32,000 bases of DNA from positions 1 through 32,000 of the forward strand of contig NC_008578.1 in NCBI RefSeq assembly GCF_000015025.1, written 5' to 3'. The stretch comes from Acidothermus cellulolyticus 11B. GTDB lineage: Bacteria; Actinomycetota; Actinomycetes; Acidothermales; Acidothermaceae. The notes under the pieces were generated by a model. That model saw only the letters and a program-made list of their open reading frames with translations. It was not told the origin of the DNA and did no database searches. Below are positions 19,092 to 26,836 of this stretch, one piece after another. Every line of letters begins with the position of its first letter. Position 1 is the stretch's first letter. The translations under genes and the position numbers were made by a program.

Positions 19092-20545
19092 GAGGACTCC
19101 CTTAGCGCTGCTTGGAGAACGGCCCTTGCGATCGGTCCAGCGACGCTTGCCCCGGTCGCGTCGTTGATTCCGCCCCCGTTCTCCACGAGGACGGCGAGGG
19201 CAATCTTCGGGTGCTCCGCTGGGGCAAAGGCGACGAACCACGCGTGGGGGGGTTGCCCGACGGCGTTCTGCGCCGTCCCGGTCTTTCCGGCGACGGTGAC
19301 ACCGGGCAGCTGGACAACCGTGCCGGTACCCTTGGCTACCACGCTTTCCATCATCTGGGTCAGCTCCGCGGCCACCTCGGCGGAAACCGCCTGGCGAACC
19401 GGTTGCGGTTTCGTCGTCTCCAGGATCGACAAATCCGGTGCGACGAGCTGTTTGACGAGATACGGACGCATGAGAACTCCATGATTGGCGATGGCAGCGG
19501 CGACAACGGCCATCTGCAGCGGTGTGGCACGGACGTCGAACTGACCGATCGCTGATTGGATGGTCTGCGCGGCGTCCAAGCCGGTGGGGAAGACGCTCGC
19601 CGCGGATTTCACCGGCACCGCGAACGGCGCATCGAAGCCGAAGGCTTCCGCTTGTTTGCGCAGTGCATCCTGTCCGAGGGCTTCACCGAGGTCACCGAAC
19701 GCGGTGTTGCAGGAAATCGTGAGCGCCTGGATCAGCGTCGTCGTCCCTGTCGAGCTGCAGCTCTCTCCGGCGAAGTTGGTCAGCGACTTGGTGGAATTCG
19801 GATACGGCAGGATATTTGGCGCCGGGATCTGTGACTGGGGCGTGTACCGGCCGCTGGCGAGCGCCGCAGCGGCGGTGATGAGCTTGAACGTGGATCCCGG
19901 CGGATAGGTCTGGTCGAGGGCCCGGTCCAGCATCGGCTGATTCGGGTTGGCCGTCAGCGAACTCCAGGCCGTGCGGACGGTCGCGGTGTCGTGCGCGGAG
20001 AGGAGATTCGGGTCGTACGACGGTGTGCTGACGAGGGCGAGGATGGCTCCGGTCGACGGATCGAGGGCGACGACGGCGCCCTTGCGGTTACCGAGCGCCT
20101 GGTATGCCGTCTGTTGCAGCAGCGGATCGATGGTCAGTACGACGCTGCCCCCCTGCGGTGTGCGGCCGGTGACGAGATTGGACAACTGGCGCACGAACAG
20201 GCGATCGTCTGTTCCGGCGAGGATCGAGTTCTCCGCCGCCTCGATGCCGCCGGCTCCGTAGATAAGGGAGTAGTAACCGGTTATCGGTGCGTACAGGGGT
20301 CCGTTCGCATACACCCGAAGGTATTTCAGGGCGTCGTTCGACGGCTTTGACGACGCGAGGATGGTCCCGTCGGATGCGACGATATCCCCCCGCTTGCGGT
20401 CGTACTGGGCGTACAGTGTCCGCGTATTACCCGGGTGGTCCCGCAGGCTCTTGGCTTGGGCGAACTGGAGGACATTGTCGTTCGCCAGGAGCGCCGCGAA
20501 AAGGACGAGGCACACCAGGGCTACGCGGCGGATCGGTCGATTCAC
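19088..20545 (-). CDS. pbpA: Penicillin-binding protein A (class B transpeptidase)
   Basis: 485 aa. GTG start overlaps the rodA stop (GTGA). Motifs STFK, SCN (TISCNTAF) and KTGTA. N-terminal TM anchor. Confidence 0.93.
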   Translation of the reverse strand: MNRPIRRVALVCLVLFAALLANDNVLQFAQAKSLRDHPGNTRTLYAQYDRKRGDIVASDGTILASSKPSNDALKYLRVYANGPLYAPITGYYSLIYGAGGIEAAENSILAGTDDRLFVRQLSNLVTGRTPQGGSVVLTIDPLLQQTAYQALGNRKGAVVALDPSTGAILALVSTPSYDPNLLSAHDTATVRTAWSSLTANPNQPMLDRALDQTYPPGSTFKLITAAAALASGRYTPQSQIPAPNILPYPNSTKSLTNFAGESCSSTGTTTLIQALTISCNTAFGDLGEALGQDALRKQAEAFGFDAPFAVPVKSAASVFPTGLDAAQTIQSAIGQFDVRATPLQMAVVAAAIANHGVLMRPYLVKQLVAPDLSILETTKPQPVRQAVSAEVAAELTQMMESVVAKGTGTVVQLPGVTVAGKTGTAQNAVGQPPHAWFVAFAPAEHPKIALAVLVENGGGINDATGASVAGPIARAVLQAALRESS

Positions 20546-21921
20546 GAGCCCACCACCACCGTCGCGTCATCGATCCGGGTCGGTGCAGGCCGGCGGGCCG
20601 CATCACTGATTTTCAGCAACAGGGCAATAACCGCCCAGTTGGAGACCAGCGACGAGCCGCCGTACGAGAGGAACGGCGTCGTGATGCCGGTGAGCGGAAT
20701 CAGCCGGGTCACCCCACCGACGACGACGAACACCTGCAGGGCAAGGGAGACCGACAGGCCGGCGGCGAGCAGTTTCCCGAATGCGTCCCGTACCGAGAGC
20801 GCCGCGCGCATTCCGCGGGAGACGATGACGACGTACAGGAGCAGAATCGCGGTGAGACCGGTGAGGCCCAGCTCCTCGCCGATGGTTGCGATGATGAAGT
20901 CGCTCTTGGCGAACGGTACGAGATCCGGGCGGCCGTTGGCGAGTCCGGTGCCGAGCAATCCGCCGTTCGCAAAGCCATACAAGGCCTGGACCAGCTGGTA
21001 ACCGGTCGTCTGGGCGTACCGGAACGGGTGAAGCCAGATTTCGAAACGCTCCCGGACATGCCCGAAAAGGTGGTAGGCGCCGAACGTGCCTGCAGCGAAG
21101 AGCAGAGCGCCGATGACCACCCAGGAGAACCGCTCGGTCGCAATGTACAGCATGATGACGAAGAAACCGAAGAAGAGCATCGACATGCCGATATCGCGTC
21201 CCCGCACGAGAAGACCGACGCTGACCAGCCAGGCGACGAGCACCGGTCCAAGGTCCCGCCCCCGCGGCAGATTGAGCCCGAGGAAACGCCTGCTGGCGAG
21301 GGCTAACGCGTCCCGCTTCGCGACGAGGAATCCCGCGACGAAAATGACGAGCAGAATCTTGGCGAATTCCCCCGGCTGAATGGAGAAGCCCGCAAAGCGA
21401 ATCCAGTTCCGCGCACCATTGATCTCGCTGAATCGGGCCGGCAATAGTGAAGGAGCAGCGAGGAGCAGCAAGCCCATGAGCATCGACGTGTACATGTAGC
21501 GCTGCAGTCGGCGGTGGTCTCTGATCAGCGCGAGGACGGCGATGAAAAGGGCGATGCCGACGGCACTCCAGATCAGCTGCAGGGTTGCGTCGGAGCGCTG
21601 CGTCTTTGGGCCGGCAAGGTCGAGCCGATGGATGAGAACGAGACCCAAGCCGTTGAGCAGCGCCGCGCACGGCAGCAGGAGCGGGTCGGCGTACCGGGCG
21701 AATTTCCGCACGGCGAGGTGAGCGACCACGAGAACAGCGCCGAGACCGAGCCCGTAGGTGAGAACGTCAGCCGGCACGTGCCGACTCCGGGTGAGACCGA
21801 CGATCGTGTATGCGGCGAGCGGGATGATGACCGCGAGGAGCAGCATCGCGAGCTCCACGCCGCGGCGGGTACGGGGTCGGCGCGGGCGGAGGATCCGCAG
21901 CACCTCGGTCGTGGCCGTCAT
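20542..21921 (-). CDS. rodA: FtsW/RodA/SpoVE (SEDS) family peptidoglycan polymerase
   Basis: 459 aa and polytopic. SEDS-like segments (IQPGEFAKILLVIF, ELGLTGLTAILLLY, LIPLTGITTPFLSYGGSS). ATG overlaps the pstP stop (ATGA). Confidence 0.93.
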   Translation of the reverse strand: MTATTEVLRILRPRRPRTRRGVELAMLLLAVIIPLAAYTIVGLTRSRHVPADVLTYGLGLGAVLVVAHLAVRKFARYADPLLLPCAALLNGLGLVLIHRLDLAGPKTQRSDATLQLIWSAVGIALFIAVLALIRDHRRLQRYMYTSMLMGLLLLAAPSLLPARFSEINGARNWIRFAGFSIQPGEFAKILLVIFVAGFLVAKRDALALASRRFLGLNLPRGRDLGPVLVAWLVSVGLLVRGRDIGMSMLFFGFFVIMLYIATERFSWVVIGALLFAAGTFGAYHLFGHVRERFEIWLHPFRYAQTTGYQLVQALYGFANGGLLGTGLANGRPDLVPFAKSDFIIATIGEELGLTGLTAILLLYVVIVSRGMRAALSVRDAFGKLLAAGLSVSLALQVFVVVGGVTRLIPLTGITTPFLSYGGSSLVSNWAVIALLLKISDAARRPAPTRIDDATVVVGS

Positions 21922-23183
21922 GGTGATCCTGCCGCTGGCGTCGCCGTGGCCGGTGGAGTGGGTGACGGTGCCGCGCTCTGCGGCGCGCCGGGTGGGGAGG
22001 GCAGCGAGGCGCGAAGCTGCTCGACGATCCGCTCCGCTGCGGCCCGGTTGGGGACGCTGATCGTGTCCATTACGCGCTCCCGCTGGTAGGCGGGAAGTTG
22101 GGCGACGGGAATGGTCGTCCGCTCGATGACGGAGGAGAAATCCAAGCCGAGCACATCACCCTTGATGCCCCGATAAACGACGACGACGCCGTCCGCGGTT
22201 CCCACATAGTACTGATGCTGGGCATACCACCACGTTCCGCCGAAAAGGGCGGCGGCAACGGCGATGATGAGCGCCACCGCAAGGACCGGCCCGCGCCACC
22301 GCCGGCCAGGCTGATCGTCGACGACGACCCGCTTCACGAACGATTGCCGCCGCGGGCGCAGGGCCGCCGCCCGGGCTGCCGCGCTGTCTGACACGGTGTT
22401 GGTGGACGTCGTCTGGCCGGCGACTGAGCCGCCGATGATTGGCTCGGACGGTATCGATTGGTCGGTATCGTCGACGACGTCACAGACGATGCAGGTCACG
22501 TTATCCGGTGCTCCGGCCCGCAGCGCCAGTTGAATCAGTGCGTCGGCGGCTTCGTCGGGATCGGGTATTTTCAGCGTCTCGCGCAGCGTCTCTTTGCTGA
22601 CGACTCCGGAAAGCCCGTCGCTGCAGAGTAAAAACCGATCGCCGGCCCGGACTTCGCGGATGGACAAGTCGGCGACGTCGTCCGGACGGCCGGTCAACAC
22701 GCGAAGAATGACGGAACGCTGTGGATGCGTTGCGGCTTCGGATTCGTCGATTTGACCCTCGTCGATAAGGCGCTGGACCAGCGTGTGGTCCTCGGTGATT
22801 TGTGTGAGTTCTCCGTCGCGGAGCAGGTAGGCGCGGGAGTCGCCGATGTGCGCGAGGGCGACCCGGTTGCCGTTCCACAGCAATGCGGTGAGGGTGGTGC
22901 CCATGCCCTCCAATTCACTGTCCGCTTCGGTCATGAGCCGCAAATGCTCGTTCGCCCGCCGAATTGCTTGGTCAAGCGCACCGAGCATGTCAGCAGGCGG
23001 CTCATCCTCGTCGAGCGGCGCCAGACTCGCAATGGCCACCGCACTGGCGACGTCCCCGGCGGCGTGCCCACCCATACCGTCGGCCACCGCGAGCAGATGG
23101 GGCCCGGCGTACACGGCGTCCTGATTCGACGCCCGAATCAGGCCGACGTCAGAACGTGCCGCGTAGCGGAGCGTCAACGCCAC
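21918..23183 (-). CDS. pstP: PP2C-family Ser/Thr phosphatase PstP
   Basis: PP2C motifs LRYAARSDVGLIRASNQD, AVADGMGGHAAG and LLCSDGL. One TM (VLAVALIIAVAAALFGG) and an extracellular tail. Start set at the GTG at 23183 to give the usual N-terminus (V)ALTLRY. An ATG at 23222 is an alternative. Confidence 0.9.
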   Translation of the reverse strand: MALTLRYAARSDVGLIRASNQDAVYAGPHLLAVADGMGGHAAGDVASAVAIASLAPLDEDEPPADMLGALDQAIRRANEHLRLMTEADSELEGMGTTLTALLWNGNRVALAHIGDSRAYLLRDGELTQITEDHTLVQRLIDEGQIDESEAATHPQRSVILRVLTGRPDDVADLSIREVRAGDRFLLCSDGLSGVVSKETLRETLKIPDPDEAADALIQLALRAGAPDNVTCIVCDVVDDTDQSIPSEPIIGGSVAGQTTSTNTVSDSAAARAAALRPRRQSFVKRVVVDDQPGRRWRGPVLAVALIIAVAAALFGGTWWYAQHQYYVGTADGVVVVYRGIKGDVLGLDFSSVIERTTIPVAQLPAYQRERVMDTISVPNRAAAERIVEQLRASLPSPPGAPQSAAPSPTPPATATPAAGSP

Positions 23184-23229
23184 GGTCCACCCCGTGTCGT
23201 CCCGTCGGTCATCGGCGCACAATCGCTTC

Positions 23230-23691
23230 TCATCGGCGGAGTTCCAGAACGGTCTTCCCGATGCGGATAGGGGTACGCAGCGGGACGCTCATCGGCTGAG
23301 TAACCTTCACCCGGTCGAGGAACGTGCCATTCGTCGAACCTAAATCCTCCACGTACCATTGACCGTCGCGCGGAAACAATCGCGCGTGCCGGTTGGATGC
23401 GTATTCGTCGGTGAGGACGAGCGTCGAGTCATTCGCCCGCCCGATGGTGATGGGCGTCGTGCCGAGCGTGATGCTGGTGCCGGCGAGTGAACCCGCTACG
23501 ACCACGAGCTTGCGCGCGCCTTTGCCCGCGGTCTGCTGTCGTCGCGCTGGTTTCCTTGGCCGCGGCTGTCCGACTCTGCAGGTGGCGCCGACGGTTAAAT
23601 CCGAGCGGACGATGCCGAAGGCGATGATGACGAAAATCCAGAGGAGAGCGAGAAACCCTACGCGCAGGAGAAATAGCGAGAGCTCGGACAT
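23230..23691 (-). CDS. fhaB: FHA-domain membrane protein FhaB/FipA
   Basis: 153 aa. N-terminal TM and C-terminal FHA domain (ITIGRANDSTLVLTDEYASNRHARL, DLGSTNGTFL). Confidence 0.88.
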   Translation of the reverse strand: MSELSLFLLRVGFLALLWIFVIIAFGIVRSDLTVGATCRVGQPRPRKPARRQQTAGKGARKLVVVAGSLAGTSITLGTTPITIGRANDSTLVLTDEYASNRHARLFPRDGQWYVEDLGSTNGTFLDRVKVTQPMSVPLRTPIRIGKTVLELRR

Positions 23692-23699
23692 CGCTCGAC

Positions 23700-24542
23700 T
23701 CAGCCCTGCCGCTGCGGAGGTGCCGGTGTGTGGTAGACCAGGAGGGTCTCGCCGACGGCAATGCGGTCACCGTCAGCAAGCGGCGCGGTATTAACCAGGA
23801 CGCCGTTCAGCCGGGTGCCGTTGGTTGAGTTGAGGTCGGTCACGACCGGGGGGTCGGTATCCAGCCGGAGCTCGGCATGCCGGCGGGACACCGCTGGGTC
23901 GGAGAGCCGGATATCCGCCTGCGGTCCGCGGCCGATGAGGACGACGGGACTGCGCAGCTGAACCTCTCGGGCAAGCCCCGCGCCCTCGCGGATGATCAGC
24001 CGGCCGTAGTTCACGGCCGTGGCGGCACTGTCGGCCGGCTTGCCGAGGTACGGATTACCGACGGCGGCCGCGGGAACGGGAGCCGGTTCCGGACCCGTGC
24101 TCGAAGGGGACGGCGGCGGAACGCCCGCTCCCTCTGCTGGGCTAATCGGCCGCACCGCGGCTGGCGCCTCGGCGGCGACGACCTCGCTCCGCACCCGGAA
24201 CACCCCCGTGTCCAACGACGGCTCATGGGCGAGCTCAACGGTGACGGGACCGACGAAGCTGTACCGCTGCTCGTCGGCGTACTCCCGAACCATCTCGATC
24301 AGCTCGTGGACGAGCGGGCGGGTGTACGGCGCAAGCCGGGCGTGGTCGTGGTCGCCGAGCTCGACAATGAACCGGTTCGGCACGAGCGTCCGCTCGGGTC
24401 CAACGATGGCGGCTTCGTTGTCTAGTTCGCGTTGCAACGCCGCGGCGATTTCCACCGGTTGTACCTCCGAGCGGAACGCGCGCGCGAACAGACCCTCGAC
24501 CAGACCACTGAGCCGTCGCTCGAAGCGCTGGAGCACCCCCAC
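23700..24542 (-). CDS. fhaA: FhaA: DUF3662 N-terminal domain plus C-terminal FHA domain
   Basis: 280 aa. AAGGAGGG precedes the GTG at 24542. N-terminus MGVLQRFERRLSGLVEG, a Pro-rich linker, and FHA (VLIGRGPQADIRLSDPAVSRRHAEL, DLNSTNGT). Confidence 0.88.
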   Translation of the reverse strand: MGVLQRFERRLSGLVEGLFARAFRSEVQPVEIAAALQRELDNEAAIVGPERTLVPNRFIVELGDHDHARLAPYTRPLVHELIEMVREYADEQRYSFVGPVTVELAHEPSLDTGVFRVRSEVVAAEAPAAVRPISPAEGAGVPPPSPSSTGPEPAPVPAAAVGNPYLGKPADSAATAVNYGRLIIREGAGLAREVQLRSPVVLIGRGPQADIRLSDPAVSRRHAELRLDTDPPVVTDLNSTNGTRLNGVLVNTAPLADGDRIAVGETLLVYHTPAPPQRQG

Positions 24543-24697
24543 GCACCCTCCTTCGAGCGGCTTCGGCTTGTACCTGCTGCGATGCTACCGAGGGTGCCCG
24601 GTTCCCCGGATCCGTGAACCGATCGAGCTCGGTTCCTGCTACGCTGGGCGGTCGCCGGGACGCGTGGACGGTTGTTCTGCGCGGAGTCCCGGCCGAC

Positions 24698-24783
24698 GGG
24701 CGAGTGGCGGAATGGCAGACGCGCACGGTTCAGGTCCGTGTGTCCGGAAGGACGTGGGGGTTCAACTCCCCCCTCGCCCACCA
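24698..24783 (+). tRNA. tRNA-Leu (anticodon CAG), CCA encoded
   Basis: Acceptor GGGCGAG/CTCGCCC, anticodon loop TTCAGGT, long variable arm, T-arm GGGGGTTCAACTCCCCC, followed by ACCA. Confidence 0.95.
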
Positions 24784-24804
24784 CGAGAGTGAATGCGCTC
24801 GCAC

Positions 24805-26808
24805 TCAACCGGTCCACGGATGCGTCGGCGTGGTGCCGCCGGGTCCGAGCAGGTCGAAACCGTCGGGGGTGTTGAGGAGACCGGGTGCGGTCCCGGATGT
24901 GTCGTCGATCCCGTACTGCCAGACGATCTGCTGGCTGGACGGGTCGATGATGACGACGCGGTGCCGGTAGTCGTCGTTGACGCAGATGAATCCGGTGGGC
25001 AGTACTTCGGCGAGGCTTGGGTGGTCGAGCATTCCCCGGCCGGCCGTGACGCGATACTCCCAGAGGATGCGCCCGGCCCGGTCGAACTCGATGATCGCGC
25101 CAGGTTTGGCGTAGTCGGCCACGATGTAGCGGTCTGGGCCGATTTGTTGCGGGTCCGATGGATAGGTCAACGGGAGGTGCACCGTCCAAACTAGTCGGTC
25201 AGTGAGGGTGTACTCGCTGATCCACGAGCCGTTGACCTCGGAGATCAGCAGGTTCCCGTCCTGCAGCGGCGTGTCGCCGTTGGGATAGCCGAGGGAGACC
25301 GGGGGTCGGTGCACACAGTCGCCGGTGCGGCCGATCTGGTGGACGATCCGGCCGTCTTGGCCGATGACGAGGACCCGGCAGTTGTTGGCGTCGGCGACGG
25401 TGGTGAGCCCATTGGCCAGCCGGTAGGCGTCGTCGGGTTCGTGCAGGAGGCCGGCGCCGCTGCCGGCGACCCCGGGTTTTCCATAAGACCGGAGGGTCTG
25501 GCCGGTCGGATACGCGATCTCGATGATCGTGTTGTTTCCCTCCTGGTTGGAAAGAATCGCCCGGCCGTGGTCGACGAAGAACGCGTCGTCGGGAAAGTAG
25601 AACGACGACGCGGCGGCGCCTTGTGCGGGAAACTGCCACACGATGTGGCCGCGGGCGTCGACGAGAAGCAGCCGGTTGTTGCCGCGGTCCGCGATGAGCA
25701 GGTGACCGTCGAACGGTGGATTCGGCGAGCCGGTCGACTGCGCGGCTGGGGTGACATCGCGGTACGCGACGGCGACGATGGCGGTCGTCGGCGCGACGGT
25801 CTGTTCCGCGGTGAGCGCTTCGCCGCCGATGATGTAGGCCGTCTGATCGACGACACTGACCCCCATGTCCGAGACGGCCTCCGGCAGGGAACCTACGACG
25901 GTGACGGCGCCGGTCGTCGGATCGAAGGAGTAGATGGTGTTCTGCGGGTGTGAACCGTCCGTGCCGCCGAGGAGCAGAATGTGACCTCCGATCACGGCCA
26001 CCCCTTCGTGGGCGAGCGGTCTGGGGAGGTGGGCGGCAATGGAGGTCTGCCCGGTCTGTCTATTGAACCGTTGTATATCGGTCGTCGGTTGGCCGTTGTG
26101 CTCACCGCCGAAAATCCATAATGAGTTGCCGTCGACGTACGCGGCGGCGTATCTCACGGTTACGGCGAGGCGGCCGACCGGGCGAAACGTTCGGCCGTCG
26201 GTGGTCGCGAGGATGTCAGGCAGTTCGCGCGCGCCGTCGTAGCCTCCGACAATGTACAGCGTGGCGCCATCGGACGCCGCGGCGTCATCGGAGCGTGGTG
26301 CGGGAAGGTTCCCCGAGATCGACGCCGTTCCCGTCAGGCTCACCGCCTGAACCGTCGAGGTGGAGCTGGCGGACCCACCGCCAACGATCATTGCGTGATC
26401 GCCGAGCAATGCTGAGCCGGCGTCGTGTGTCGGAGTGGGCAGGTGACCCGCGGAGCTGACGGTCATCGCGCGTGGATCGAAGACTTCGATGCTTGACGTC
26501 GTCTGTTGATTCGCCAAGAGACCGCCGACGAGGAGAATGCGGTGATTCACGGGGACCGCGCCGAGTCGCGACAGCGGAGTCGGCAATCGGACTGGGAGGG
26601 TGGTCGCGCCGAGGGCTGGCTCGGGGCCTGGATTGGCGTTCGCCGTCGGGGTCGGTTGCGGGGCAACCGGTGCTGTGGGCGCATGCTGCTCGACGGTGGC
26701 GGCCGAATGCTGCCGGGACGCCGTACACCCGGTCACCGCAAGGCTCAATCCCACCGCGGCAGCGATGCTCGTCCGTATCAATCGACCGTGCTCAGATCGG
26801 TGTGGCAT
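24805..26808 (-). CDS. Lipoprotein with two tandem beta-propellers (six Kelch-like blades, then six NHL/arylsulfotransferase-like blades)
   Basis: Start set at the ATG at 26808 (GGAGAG upstream), giving MPHRSEHGRLIRTSIAAAVGLSLAVTGC, a lipobox-like signal. Six blades of ~48 aa carry GG motifs (LLVGG, MIVGGG, LYIVGGYDG, LWIFGGE, LLLGGTDG, YIIGGE). Six more blades fit the pattern hhh-D/N-x-x-N/G-x-hhhhD-x-x-G-x-hhW (LLIADRGNNRLLLVDARGHIVWQF ... VVIIDPSSQQIVWQYG). The track ORF extension to 27024 overlaps the ATPase. Confidence 0.8.
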   Translation of the reverse strand: MPHRSEHGRLIRTSIAAAVGLSLAVTGCTASRQHSAATVEQHAPTAPVAPQPTPTANANPGPEPALGATTLPVRLPTPLSRLGAVPVNHRILLVGGLLANQQTTSSIEVFDPRAMTVSSAGHLPTPTHDAGSALLGDHAMIVGGGSASSTSTVQAVSLTGTASISGNLPAPRSDDAAASDGATLYIVGGYDGARELPDILATTDGRTFRPVGRLAVTVRYAAAYVDGNSLWIFGGEHNGQPTTDIQRFNRQTGQTSIAAHLPRPLAHEGVAVIGGHILLLGGTDGSHPQNTIYSFDPTTGAVTVVGSLPEAVSDMGVSVVDQTAYIIGGEALTAEQTVAPTTAIVAVAYRDVTPAAQSTGSPNPPFDGHLLIADRGNNRLLLVDARGHIVWQFPAQGAAASSFYFPDDAFFVDHGRAILSNQEGNNTIIEIAYPTGQTLRSYGKPGVAGSGAGLLHEPDDAYRLANGLTTVADANNCRVLVIGQDGRIVHQIGRTGDCVHRPPVSLGYPNGDTPLQDGNLLISEVNGSWISEYTLTDRLVWTVHLPLTYPSDPQQIGPDRYIVADYAKPGAIIEFDRAGRILWEYRVTAGRGMLDHPSLAEVLPTGFICVNDDYRHRVVIIDPSSQQIVWQYGIDDTSGTAPGLLNTPDGFDLLGPGGTTPTHPWTG

Positions 26809-26836
26809 CGCTCTCCGCTCGATGTTCGGGAGTTCT

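Noticed and set aside
20287-21670. Long alternative-frame ORFs across rodA (20287-21306 plus strand, 20603-21670 minus strand, and others)
   Set aside because: Their translations are Arg/Pro-rich nonsense. The 20542-21921 minus frame gives a polytopic SEDS protein with conserved segments and coupled start/stop overlaps.
24422-25189. 255-aa minus-strand ORF running through tRNA-Leu and the fhaA promoter region
   Set aside because: It overlaps a well-formed tRNA gene and the C-terminal propeller coding frame. Its composition is Arg/Pro-rich.
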